NCBI GenBank assembly: GCA_019358915.1
Contig: JAHHIM010000006.1
Span: 1-64,000, forward strand
Direction of reading: 5' to 3'
From: Trichormus sp. ATA11-4-KO1
Lineage (GTDB): Bacteria; Cyanobacteriota; Cyanobacteriia; Cyanobacteriales; Nostocaceae
DNA: 64,000 nt
Below the pieces are notes generated by a model, which saw nothing but the letters and a program-made list of their open reading frames with translations, did not search any database and was not told the DNA's origin. This document shows, in pieces, positions 51,462 to 60,943 of the stretch. The translations under genes were made by a program, and so were the position numbers. Position 1 is the first letter of the stretch. Every line of letters begins with the position of its first letter.

Positions 51462-53009
51462 ATGTCCAATTCAGAATTAGAAAGAGTCATTGTTCATCCG
51501 GTGGATGAATATAACCAAAAATTGGTTTCCTACGTGCATCCACCAAATTGGGTAAATCCCCAACCTGCTGATTGTTACGACTTGGTAGTAATTGGCGCTG
51601 GTACGGCAGGATTAGTCGTGGCGGCGGGTGCAGCTGGTCTAGATTTGGGTTTAAAAGTGGCATTGATTGAAAAGCATCTCATGGGTGGAGATTGCTTAAA
51701 TGTAGGTTGTGTACCATCTAAAACCATGATCCGGTCTTCTCGCGTGGTTGGCGAACTGTGGAATGCCCCAGACCTGGGAATTAATATTCCTCAACAGATT
51801 GATGTTGATTTTCCCGCAGTTATGGCACGGATGCGGCGGGTTAGGGCTGGTATTAGTCATCATGACTCGGCTGAACGCTTTCAAAATTTGGGGGTTGATG
51901 TCTTCTTGGGTAACGGTCGGTTTGCTAGTAAAAATACTGTGGAAGTTGCCAATAAAACCCTCAAGTTTAAAAAAGCGGTAATTGCCACTGGTGCTAGGGC
52001 TGTACGACCTGCGATTTCGGGCATTGAAGCGGCGGGTTACCTGACTAATGAAACGGTTTTTTCTCTCACACAACGACCGGAACGCTTAGCGGTGATTGGT
52101 GGTGGCCCCATTGGTTGCGAATTAGCGCAAACTTTCCGGCGGTTGGGTTGTGAGGTGGTAATTTTCCATCGTGGTTCACATCTTCTCAATAAAGAAGATG
52201 CTGACGCGGCGGAGATTGTCCAAAGTGTTTTGATTAAAGAAGGAATTCGCTTGGTTTTGAACTGCCAGTTAGAAGAAGTGGCAACTGTCACCGATGGTAA
52301 GCGGCTTGACTTCTCTGCTAATGGTCACCGCGATTCTGTGACTGTAGATGAAATTTTAGCAGGTGCAGGACGTGCGCCGAATGTGGAAGGATTGAATTTA
52401 GATATAGTGGGGGTAGAGTACGACCAGCGCCGGGGTGTGAAGGTGAATGATTACCTCCAGACGACAAATCCCCAAATTTATGCGGCTGGTGATATCTGCA
52501 TGGATTGGAAGTTTACCCACGCAGCTGATGCGGCGGCGCGGATTGTCATTAAAAATACCCTGTTTTCACCCTTTGGCTTAGGACGTTCTAAACTTAGTAG
52601 TCTGGTAATGCCTTGGGTGACATATACTGACCCAGAGATTGCCCATGTGGGAATGTACGAACACGAAGCACAGAAATTGGGCATTGATGTGAGTACAATT
52701 AAGATTCCCTTTAGTAGTGTAGACCGAGCGATCGCTGATCATGAAGAATCAGGATTTTTGAAAATCCATCATAAAAAAGGATCTGATGAAATTATCGGTG
52801 CTACTATTGTCGCCAGTCATGGAGGTGAGATAATCTCGGAAGTGACGACCGCAATTGTGAATAAAATAGGTTTGAGTAAGTTAAGTAGTGTGATTCATCC
52901 TTACCCAACTCAAGCTGAAGCGATTAAGAAGGCGGCAGATGCTTATCGCCGCACACTCCTGACACCGCGCACTAAAAAAATCTTGGGATTTTTGACCAAG
53001 TTTTCTTGA
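51462..53009 (+). CDS. Pyridine nucleotide-disulfide oxidoreductase (mercuric-reductase-like / Lpd-like)
   Basis: GAGTAG, GGDCLNVGCVPSK, GGGPIG and IHPYPTQAE motifs. ATG 51462 has a GAGG Shine-Dalgarno; the 51261 start runs through repeat DNA. Confidence 0.88.
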   Translation: MSNSELERVIVHPVDEYNQKLVSYVHPPNWVNPQPADCYDLVVIGAGTAGLVVAAGAAGLDLGLKVALIEKHLMGGDCLNVGCVPSKTMIRSSRVVGELWNAPDLGINIPQQIDVDFPAVMARMRRVRAGISHHDSAERFQNLGVDVFLGNGRFASKNTVEVANKTLKFKKAVIATGARAVRPAISGIEAAGYLTNETVFSLTQRPERLAVIGGGPIGCELAQTFRRLGCEVVIFHRGSHLLNKEDADAAEIVQSVLIKEGIRLVLNCQLEEVATVTDGKRLDFSANGHRDSVTVDEILAGAGRAPNVEGLNLDIVGVEYDQRRGVKVNDYLQTTNPQIYAAGDICMDWKFTHAADAAARIVIKNTLFSPFGLGRSKLSSLVMPWVTYTDPEIAHVGMYEHEAQKLGIDVSTIKIPFSSVDRAIADHEESGFLKIHHKKGSDEIIGATIVASHGGEIISEVTTAIVNKIGLSKLSSVIHPYPTQAEAIKKAADAYRRTLLTPRTKKILGFLTKFS

Positions 53010-53146
53010 TCTTGGCATAGCTAGAAGCTACTTTTTCAACGCTAGCCTGGAAAGTAGAAAAAATTACAAGTTTGAGGTTACACATTACCACTTTCCCCTA
53101 GACTAAGGGCAGCAAACTTGTTCAAACTGGCTGAGGAAAGTAGACT

Positions 53147-54547
53147 TTGACTGAAAAAAACAATTTAAACTCTACCCTCCATAATGTCACACGCAGAGAA
53201 TTGCGAGATTTAGTGCGGACTCAGCTGCAAATGCTGCTAGAAGCGGGAGATTTGCAGGGGGCAAAAGCTATTCTCGTACCTGTGCAGCCTGCGGATATTG
53301 CTGAGGCAATTGAAGGTTTACCCGAAGCGATGCACGCTTTGGCTTTTCGCTTACTTTCTAAGGCTGAGGCTATTGAGGTTTATGAATATCTCGACTACAG
53401 CGTTCAAGAACATTTAATTGAGGAACTTAGAAGTCAGGATGTCCGCGACATTGTAGATAGAATGTCCCCAGATGACCGAGCGAGATTATTTGATGAATTA
53501 CCAGCAAAAGTTGTCAATCGCTTACTAGAACAATTGAGTCCGGCGGAACGTCAAGCTACAGCCCAACTCTTGGGTTATGAAGCTGACACCGCCGGGCGCA
53601 TCATGACGCCAGAGTTAATTTATCTTAAAGAAAATTTTACAGTATCTCAGGCATTAGAGCGGATTCGTAGCCTTGCTAATGCCAGTGAGATGATTTACTA
53701 CCTTTACGTGACTGATGCCGCTAGACGCTTGACAGGAATTGTCTCATTGCGGGAATTGGTAATATCTCAACCTGAACAAACGATTGGCGAAATTATGACT
53801 CGTGATGTGGTATTCGTCCATACGGATACAGATCAAGAAGAAGTAGCCAGATTAATTCAAAGATATGACTTTCTCGCTGTGCCTGTGGTGGATCGTGAAC
53901 AGCGTCTGGTGGGTATCGTCACCGTCGATGATGTGATTGATATTCTGCAACGGGAAACCACCGAGGATATCTACGCTCTAGGTGGTGGTGTACAGTCCGA
54001 TGGTGACAACTATTTTCAAATGAGTTTATTACAAGTCGCCCGTAAACGGGTGGTGTGGTTGTTTGTCTTACTGATAACTAATACAGTTACTGGCACAATT
54101 ATTAAGTCGCAGGAAGATATCTTAACAAAAGTAGTAGTCCTAACAGCATTTATTCCTTTGCTGACAGGTACTGGCGGTAATGTGGGCGCTCAATCTTCCA
54201 CGGTGGTAATTCGGGGGATGAACACTGATGAAATTCGCTCGCTTGGCACGTTGCAGGTAATTGGCCGGGAGGCGATCGCTGGGGCATTTTTGGGAATAAT
54301 GTTAGGCAGTATTGCCACCATCTGGGCTTTCTTTCTACAAGGAAACTTACAAGTAGCGATCGCCGTAGGTACTAGTCTGGTAGCTATCTCTATTTTGGCT
54401 TCTGTCTCCGGTTCAGCACTGCCATTTTTATTCCGCTTTTTGCGCTTAGATCCAGCATTAATGTCAGCACCGTTTATTACTACAGCCGTTGATGTACTGG
54501 GTGTTTTAATTTACTTTAATTTGGCGCGGGTAATTTTAAGATTGTGA
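53147..54547 (+). CDS. mgtE: Magnesium transporter MgtE
   Basis: MgtE_N domain, CBS pair (GIVTVDD), GNVGAQS and DPALMSAPFITTAVD motifs. Confidence 0.95.
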   Translation: MTEKNNLNSTLHNVTRRELRDLVRTQLQMLLEAGDLQGAKAILVPVQPADIAEAIEGLPEAMHALAFRLLSKAEAIEVYEYLDYSVQEHLIEELRSQDVRDIVDRMSPDDRARLFDELPAKVVNRLLEQLSPAERQATAQLLGYEADTAGRIMTPELIYLKENFTVSQALERIRSLANASEMIYYLYVTDAARRLTGIVSLRELVISQPEQTIGEIMTRDVVFVHTDTDQEEVARLIQRYDFLAVPVVDREQRLVGIVTVDDVIDILQRETTEDIYALGGGVQSDGDNYFQMSLLQVARKRVVWLFVLLITNTVTGTIIKSQEDILTKVVVLTAFIPLLTGTGGNVGAQSSTVVIRGMNTDEIRSLGTLQVIGREAIAGAFLGIMLGSIATIWAFFLQGNLQVAIAVGTSLVAISILASVSGSALPFLFRFLRLDPALMSAPFITTAVDVLGVLIYFNLARVILRL

Positions 54548-54594
54548 GTTAAACATTTTTTTATTTTAAAACTCCTCACTTCTCACCTGAATTT

Positions 54595-54852
54595 TTACAA
54601 TTCTGAAGCCGTATCTGGGGCAACAATTTCTCCCGTACCTAATTCCAGTAACATATCCTGGTCAGTAATCAATTCATTGAGTTCTTTAACTTGTAAATTC
54701 ATTTTTTCACAAGCATGTCTCAGTTCTCCTGCAAAAGTATTGATATCATCACCATAGCCACATTGGTAAGCAGCAGTTTCAATTCCCTGCTTGGCATTTG
54801 CTCTGGCACAATCCACTAGTTCAGTGCCATGCAATGGTTTTGGAGATGTCAT
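54595..54852 (-). CDS. Small hypothetical protein
   Basis: 85-aa ORF with ATG filling the intergenic space (LVDCARANAKQG...CGYG). Confidence 0.7.
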   Translation of the reverse strand: MTSPKPLHGTELVDCARANAKQGIETAAYQCGYGDDINTFAGELRHACEKMNLQVKELNELITDQDMLLELGTGEIVAPDTASEL

Positions 54853-55006
54853 AAGTTGTATTTGTAATTTACTACGTATTCGTCGGTAGCTAGATTAGCA
54901 GTTATTCAGTATTAGTGCATCCATCCTATGGAAGACTAATATAAATTCGTAATTCTAAGATGTGTCAGATTTAATCTGGAAGTTATGGCCAAAAACTTCA
55001 CCAAAC

Positions 55007-55173
55007 TCAGCGCTGAGCGCTGAGTGAAATGAAGAGTGCTGAGTTGAAAGTGCTGAGTGCTGAGTTAAAAGACCGCCCATACTTCGACAGGCTTAGTGAC
55101 CACAAGGAGCGGGGCATTTACCGAGTGCGAAAGTTTTTCCTTCCTCTTGTTATTACTCTCAGCACTCAGCACT
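55007..55173. repeat. Composite repeat: inverted (G)TGCTGAG / CTCAGCA heptamer arms around a GC-rich core
   Basis: AGTGCTGAGTGCTGAGT arm and CTCAGCACTCAGCACT arm enclose CCGCCCAT...CTTCGACAGGCTTAGTGACC...AGCGGGGC. Confidence 0.65.
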
Positions 55174-55179
55174 TTTCAT

Positions 55180-56034
55180 TTAGCCGTTAATTACTTCTCC
55201 ACCATTGGGATGTAGTACTTGACCAGACATATAAGAAGCGTCATCGGAAGCTAAAAAAACATAGCTGGGTGCAACTTCTTCCGGTTGTCCAGGTCTTTGC
55301 ATTGGCACTTGTTTACCAAAAGTTGCAACTTTATCTGCGGGGAAAGTTGAAGGAATTAAGGGTGTCCAAATCGGGCCTGGTGCTACGGCATTAACGCGAA
55401 TTCCTTTGGATACTAAATTTTGGGATAAGGAGCGAGTAAAGGCGACAATTGCGCCTTTTGTAGAAGAATAATCAAGTAATTGAGGATTACCTTTATAAGC
55501 TGTGACTGATGTGCTGTTAATGATGGAACTACCTTCTTTTAAGTATTTCATCGCTGCTTTAGTCAGGTAAAACATTGAGAAAATATTAGTACGGAAAGTC
55601 CGCTCTAGTTGTTCTTTACTGATTTCTTCAATGCTTTGTTTAGGATGTTGTTCCGCAGCATTATTAATCAAAATATCTAGTTTGCCAAATTCATCTACAG
55701 TTTGCTGTACACTTTGTTGACAAAAGGTTTCATCAGTAATATCACCTGCTATAGTTACCGCACGCCGTCCTTGTTTTTCGACCAAATGTTTTGTTTCTTT
55801 AGCATCATCGTGTTCCTTCAGGTAAACAATCGCCACATCTGCGCCTTCTTTGGCAAAGGCGATCGCGACAGCACGACCAATACCACTATCTCCACCTGTA
55901 ATTAATGCTACTTTATCTTGTAATTTGCCGCTACCTCGATACTGAGCATCATCAGCCTGAGGCTTTGGCTTCATTTCTGATTCTTTACCTGGTGGTTCTT
56001 GTTGCTGTGGTGGTTGTAAGATTTCTTCTGGCAT
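55180..56034 (-). CDS. SDR-family oxidoreductase (general stress protein 39 / YhdF-like)
   Basis: TGGDSGIG, NNAAEQ, YSSTKG and VAPGPIWTPL motifs. Confidence 0.92.
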   Translation of the reverse strand: MPEEILQPPQQQEPPGKESEMKPKPQADDAQYRGSGKLQDKVALITGGDSGIGRAVAIAFAKEGADVAIVYLKEHDDAKETKHLVEKQGRRAVTIAGDITDETFCQQSVQQTVDEFGKLDILINNAAEQHPKQSIEEISKEQLERTFRTNIFSMFYLTKAAMKYLKEGSSIINSTSVTAYKGNPQLLDYSSTKGAIVAFTRSLSQNLVSKGIRVNAVAPGPIWTPLIPSTFPADKVATFGKQVPMQRPGQPEEVAPSYVFLASDDASYMSGQVLHPNGGEVING

Positions 56035-56090
56035 AGTAGGATTTTTCCTGTGAATTGATTACTTAAAACAACTGACAAATTCCTAAAAAT

Positions 56091-56122
56091 AAACCTTGGA
56101 TTGATAATTCAATCCAAGGTTT
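56091..56122. terminator. Perfect 14-bp hairpin (terminator-like)
   Basis: AAACCTTGGATTGA-TAAT-TCAATCCAAGGTTT. Confidence 0.65.
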
Positions 56123-56436
56123 AATTTATGCTTTAATTCCCAACTTACAATTTGCAAGTTCAGGCATTTTTACCCCGGATGTAAGCCGAACGTACTAATT
56201 GAAGGCAATAGTACGCGACCGACATTTTTATCCTCACACCTGACACACGCTCTTAATCTGACCACTGAAAACAAGTACACAACTCTCTTGGGATGTCAGG
56301 ATTTCTCCTGTGCATCTGCTTCCAAGTTAACTATTTAAGTTAATTAAATTTATCGTTCTTTAGATGGAAAGACAAATCAGGTTGACTCAACCTAAAGACG
56401 TAAAACCAATTAATAATAAATCAAGTAATTTTATAA

Positions 56437-56850
56437 TTATCTTAGTCGTAGATACTCAATTTTGATACAGGCATCCATGACTACATTCAGCCCCGCATCT
56501 AGGGCTGTTTGTGCTGATGCTGAATCGACAATGCCCAATTGTGTCCACAAAGTTTTGGCATTAATAGCGATAGCGGCTTCAACAATTTCTGGTAAGTACT
56601 CAGAACGACGAAAAATATTGACAATATCCACTGCTTGTGTAATTTCACTGAGGTTAGCATAGCAACGCTGATTGTCAATTACTTTGACTAATGGATTAAC
56701 AGGATAGACAGTGTAACCAGCACTCCGCAAAAATTGGGCAATTTGATAACTAGTGCGATCGCTTTTATCAGAATGACCCACAACAGCGATAGTTTTAGCT
56801 TGAGTTAACACATCGCGCATGGCGTTATCATCTTCTTTAAGATTAAGCAT
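56437..56850 (-). CDS. CoA-binding protein (YccU-like)
   Basis: IAVVGHSDKSDRTS, YPVNP, VDIVNIFR and WTQLG motifs. Confidence 0.9.
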   Translation of the reverse strand: MLNLKEDDNAMRDVLTQAKTIAVVGHSDKSDRTSYQIAQFLRSAGYTVYPVNPLVKVIDNQRCYANLSEITQAVDIVNIFRRSEYLPEIVEAAIAINAKTLWTQLGIVDSASAQTALDAGLNVVMDACIKIEYLRLR

Positions 56851-56935
56851 CTAAAGTATGGGAGTAGGGGATTAAGAGGATAAGAGGACAAGGGGATTGG
56901 GAGATTGGCAGAATAACTAATGACTAACTAATTTT

Positions 56936-57598
56936 ATGGCAAATCAAACACTGGGACTCGAACCACGGCTATATGAATATTTACTGTCAGTATCTTTGCG
57001 TGAACCAGAAATCCTGACCCAACTAAGGCAAGAAACAGCACAGCATCCAATGGGTGGGATGCAGATTGCTCCCGAACAGGGGCAGTTTATGGCGTTGCTA
57101 GTACAATTAATTGGGGCTAAGAAAACTTTAGAAGTAGGTGTATTTACGGGCTATAGTTCCCTAGCGGTGGCTTTGGCGTTACCTCCAGAAGGTAAAATCA
57201 TCGCCTGTGATGTTAGTGACGAGTTTACAGCGATCGCGCGGCGTTATTGGCAACAAGCAGGGGTGGCAAATAAAATTGACCTACATATTGCCCCAGCAAT
57301 AGAGACTTTAGATCAGTTACTGGCCGCAGGTGAGGCAGAAACCTTTGATTTTGCCTTCATTGATGCTGATAAGAGTAGCTATGACAGTTATTATGAGCGA
57401 TCGCTGCAACTAGTGCGTCCAGGAGGATTAATTGTGATCGATAATGTTCTGTGGTCAGGCAGAGTTGCAGACCCCGAAGTCCAAGATAATCGCACCACCA
57501 AGATTCGTGCCTTAAATGAGAAACTACACCAAGACCAACGAATTAGCCTCAGTTTAGTGCCAATTGCTGATGGCTTAACCCTGGTGCGGAAGCATTAA
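56936..57598 (+). CDS. Cation-dependent O-methyltransferase (caffeoyl-CoA OMT family)
   Basis: LEVGVFTGYS, FDFAFIDADK and DNVLWSG motifs. Confidence 0.92.
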   Translation: MANQTLGLEPRLYEYLLSVSLREPEILTQLRQETAQHPMGGMQIAPEQGQFMALLVQLIGAKKTLEVGVFTGYSSLAVALALPPEGKIIACDVSDEFTAIARRYWQQAGVANKIDLHIAPAIETLDQLLAAGEAETFDFAFIDADKSSYDSYYERSLQLVRPGGLIVIDNVLWSGRVADPEVQDNRTTKIRALNEKLHQDQRISLSLVPIADGLTLVRKH

Positions 57599-57665
57599 AT
57601 TTTTAACTCATAAGTAGCCATCAGCAACTGCGTACACAAAAATGCATGTAAAGAGAGACTGGTTT

Positions 57666-58577
57666 TCACTCAGCACTCAGGAAAGAAGCACTTTTTAATT
57701 GATACTGTCGCCATTTTTCCTGCTGACGCACTCTTTTTTCCTCAGTCAGACTATCAAAACAGTAAGCACAAGAAATCCCTTCTTCATACTTGGGAGATGC
57801 CTTATCTGCCTCGGAAATCGGTCTGCCACAACAAAAGCACAACTCATGGCTACCTGACTCTAAGCCATGACGCACAGCGACCCGTTCGTCAAAGACAAAA
57901 CATTCACCTTGCCAGAGGCTTTCATCTGCTGGCACTTCCTCCAAATACTTGAGAATACCGCCTTTGAGGTGATAAACCTCTGCAAAACCTTGAGATAACA
58001 TAAATGATGAAGCTTTTTCACAACGAATCCCGCCAGTACAAAACAAAGCGACTTTTTTATGTTGATTTGGGTTGAGGTTTTGACTTACATATTCTGGAAA
58101 TTCTCGAAATGAGTTAGTTTGGGGATTTTGTGCCCTTTTGAAAGTACCGATATTCACCTCATAATCATTACGGGTGTCAATCACAGTTACTTCTGGGTCA
58201 GAAATTAAATCATTCCATTCCTGAGGACTGATATAAGTACCAACCTGCTGATTCGGGTCAACTTCCGGCAAACCCATAGTAACAATTTCTGGTTTCAACC
58301 GCACCTTCATCCGTTCAAACGGTTGCGTCTCTGTATAGGACTCTTTATGTTCTAAGTCTGCCAAACACGGATCAGAACGCAAAAAAGTCAGAACTGAGTC
58401 AACAGCCTGACGTGAACCTGCGATCGTGCCGTTAATACCTTCTGCTGCCAACAAAATTGTCCCCTTGACACCTTGTGCTTGGCAGTAAGACAGCAGGGGT
58501 TCTTGTTTTTCAGCAAAATTGGGCAGCCTCACAAATTTATAAAGTGCTGCAACCACTTGGATATTTTCTGGCTTCAT
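57666..58577 (-). CDS. trhO: tRNA uridine(34) hydroxylase (rhodanese-related, UPF0176)
   Basis: [38 protein letters not shown] and CFVFDER motifs. Confidence 0.88.
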   Translation of the reverse strand: MKPENIQVVAALYKFVRLPNFAEKQEPLLSYCQAQGVKGTILLAAEGINGTIAGSRQAVDSVLTFLRSDPCLADLEHKESYTETQPFERMKVRLKPEIVTMGLPEVDPNQQVGTYISPQEWNDLISDPEVTVIDTRNDYEVNIGTFKRAQNPQTNSFREFPEYVSQNLNPNQHKKVALFCTGGIRCEKASSFMLSQGFAEVYHLKGGILKYLEEVPADESLWQGECFVFDERVAVRHGLESGSHELCFCCGRPISEADKASPKYEEGISCAYCFDSLTEEKRVRQQEKWRQYQLKSASFLSAE

Positions 58578-58649
58578 CTCTTGAAAAACGGTATAATATT
58601 GATTAAAATAACTAAGGCAACTTTAAGTTACCTACCTTTTTTATTCTAT

Positions 58650-58722
58650 GGGGGTTTAGCTCAGTTGGTAGAGCGCCTGCTTTGCAAGCAGGATGTCAGC
58701 AGTTCGAGTCTGCTAATCTCCA
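58650..58722 (+). tRNA. tRNA-Ala, anticodon TGC; CCA not encoded
   Basis: GGGGGTT-TA-GCTCAGTTGGTAGAGC-G-CCTGC-TTTGCAA-GCAGG-ATGTC-AGCAG-TTCGAGT-CTGCT-AATCTCC-A folds as a cloverleaf with the G3:U70 Ala identity pair. Confidence 0.95.
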
Positions 58723-59348
58723 CTTTCAAATACTACAGAAAGATTATTCGCGGGCATTTGGTAAGTTGCTTTGAGTTTCAGGTTTTGGGCACTAGCTGCT
58801 GCCACTACATCCTCTAAGTTACGCACACCCCACTCAGGATTTTTCGCCCTTGAAGACTGATCAAAAGCGATATTACTTGGTGCGGTATGTTCTCCGTTTT
58901 GTTTGAACGGCCCGTATAAATAAAGGATGCCACCCGGAGGTAAAATTCGACCAGCACCGGCCATTAGCCCCAAACAGGCTGACCAAGGTGAAATATGAAT
59001 CATATTAATGTTGACTATAGCTACAATGGGTGAGTAAAGTGATGCATCTTCCTCTACTGGCCAGACTGGCGTACTCGCATCAAGTTCCAAAGGTGGATAA
59101 AGATTATCGGATGGACATTGTTCAGCCCAGGCGATGATGCTAGCTCGTAATTGCGGATTTTGATCAGAAGGTAGCCATTGAAGAGGGCTGAGGCGTGGAG
59201 CAAAAAATACTGCGTGTTCTCCTGTACCACTTGCTACTTCTAAGATAGTGCCATTCTTAGGCAGTACTTGTAAAAGCACCTCCAGGATGGGTTCACGATT
59301 GCGTTGTGTTGCTGGCGCGAATTGTCGCGTGTCTTCTGGTGTGTTCAT
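58713..59348 (-). CDS. DUF938-family SAM-dependent methyltransferase
   Basis: APATQRNREPI, LEVASGTGEH, NMIHISPW, YGPF and MPANN motifs. Confidence 0.9.
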   Translation of the reverse strand: MNTPEDTRQFAPATQRNREPILEVLLQVLPKNGTILEVASGTGEHAVFFAPRLSPLQWLPSDQNPQLRASIIAWAEQCPSDNLYPPLELDASTPVWPVEEDASLYSPIVAIVNINMIHISPWSACLGLMAGAGRILPPGGILYLYGPFKQNGEHTAPSNIAFDQSSRAKNPEWGVRNLEDVVAAASAQNLKLKATYQMPANNLSVVFESGD

Positions 59349-59513
59349 AGACAGATTTATCTGTGTTTCAGTAAGTAGCCGAGACTAAATCAAACTATGT
59401 ATTTTGTCGTGTAGAATCATGAAAATTCGCTTGTAGTCAGGACTTTAGTCCTTATTTAATGGTTAAAGCTATTCACTACAAATCTTCATTAAAACATACT
59501 CTGGAGCAGTAAT

Positions 59514-60926
59514 TTGCCTAGATCAATTCACTCTACCCAACCACCACTCAAATTTATTCCCCAACGTTTTCACCCACTTGTACTGCAAATTTTCCGGTGG
59601 TTAGCGCCTGTTGTACTACGTTTCCGGACTAGACCTTGGTTACCTGCTGGGATTGTCCAGATTGAAGCTAAAAATGTTGAGACATTAACCAAACTCTATC
59701 AACAATTCCAGGCTGGTAAAATTCGCTTTTTGATTGCCTTTCGTCATCCAGAGGTGGAAGATCCCCTCTGTATGTTGTACTTGCTTTCCTACATTTTGCC
59801 CAAGGTTGCCCGTCAGCAAGGTATTAAACTGCAAGAACCAATTCACAGTTACTTTCTTTATGATCGGGGGATGACTATTTGGGCTGGAAATTGGCTAGGG
59901 TGGCTATTTTCTTTAATTGGAGGTGTGCCAATTCGTCGGGGAAGGCGACTAGATAGACAAGCTATCCAAACAGCAAGGGAGTTGTTTGCTAATGGTGAAA
60001 TGCCGATCGCAGTGGCTCCCGAAGGAGGTAATAATGGTCATAGTGGCGTTGTTAGCCCTTTAGAACCCGGTGTTGCCCAACTTGGTTTCTGGTGTGTTGA
60101 AGACTTACAAAAAGCTAATCGTTCCGAGAATGTTTTGATTGTACCAGTTGGCATCCAGTATCACTATGTTGAGCCACCTTGGTCAAAGCTGAATTGGCTA
60201 TTGAGTAAATTAGAAGCTGATAGCGGCTTGCAACCAATTGACCAATCTGCGTTTAATAAACGGGAAGAAATATACTCTCAACGTATCTGTTGTTTGGGTG
60301 AATATCTCATTACCGAAATGGAAGAGTTTTATCGCCGCTTTTATCATCAAAACCTACCTAAAACCATCACTACAGATGAATCTGCCAGTCCGAATGAAAT
60401 TTTAATTGCCAGACTGCATCGTTTAATGGATCAGGCTTTACAAGTTGCTGAACAATACTTTGGACTTCAGGCGCAAGGAAATTTTATTGACCGTTGTCGT
60501 CGCTTAGAAGAAGCTGGTTGGAATTACATTTACCGGGATGACATCCCAGACATCAACGCTTTACCACCCTTCAAACGTGGATTAGCAGACTGGATCGCCG
60601 AAGAAGCAGACTTACGAATGCGCCACATGCGAATAGTGGAAAGTTTTGTCGCAGTTACAGCCAACTATCTTCAAGCACAACCAACTGCTGACAGATTCGC
60701 CGAGACAGCTTTGCTGATGTTTGATATGCTTTCCCGAATTCAAGATACAACATTACTAGGGCGACCGCGTTTAGGTTTGCGAGAAGCGCAAATCACCATA
60801 GGCGAACCAATTTCGGTGACTGAACGCTGGGCTAATTCTCAAGGCGATCGCCATGCAACTCGTCAGGCTACCAGCGATTTGACAAAAGACTTACAAATCG
60901 TTTTGGAGGAGATGATTGATAATTAA
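59514..60926 (+). CDS. Glycerol/lysophospholipid acyltransferase-family protein (PlsC-like)
   Basis: RHPEVED (HxxxxD), APEG and IVPVGIQY motifs. Confidence 0.82.
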   Translation: MPRSIHSTQPPLKFIPQRFHPLVLQIFRWLAPVVLRFRTRPWLPAGIVQIEAKNVETLTKLYQQFQAGKIRFLIAFRHPEVEDPLCMLYLLSYILPKVARQQGIKLQEPIHSYFLYDRGMTIWAGNWLGWLFSLIGGVPIRRGRRLDRQAIQTARELFANGEMPIAVAPEGGNNGHSGVVSPLEPGVAQLGFWCVEDLQKANRSENVLIVPVGIQYHYVEPPWSKLNWLLSKLEADSGLQPIDQSAFNKREEIYSQRICCLGEYLITEMEEFYRRFYHQNLPKTITTDESASPNEILIARLHRLMDQALQVAEQYFGLQAQGNFIDRCRRLEEAGWNYIYRDDIPDINALPPFKRGLADWIAEEADLRMRHMRIVESFVAVTANYLQAQPTADRFAETALLMFDMLSRIQDTTLLGRPRLGLREAQITIGEPISVTERWANSQGDRHATRQATSDLTKDLQIVLEEMIDN

Positions 60927-60943
60927 TCAAAATTAATGACGAA

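Noticed and set aside
51462..53009. Mercury resistance (merA) operon
   Set aside because: No C-terminal Cys-Cys, no NmerA domain and no mer regulatory or transport genes.
56228..56250. Yfr1 sRNA (ATCCTCACAC)
   Set aside because: Does not match the full ACTCCTCACAC motif and lacks the flanking terminator; better explained as a minus-strand SD.
58473..58817. 114-aa ORF
   Set aside because: It is a reading of the tRNA-Ala gene plus antisense overlaps of the flanking genes.
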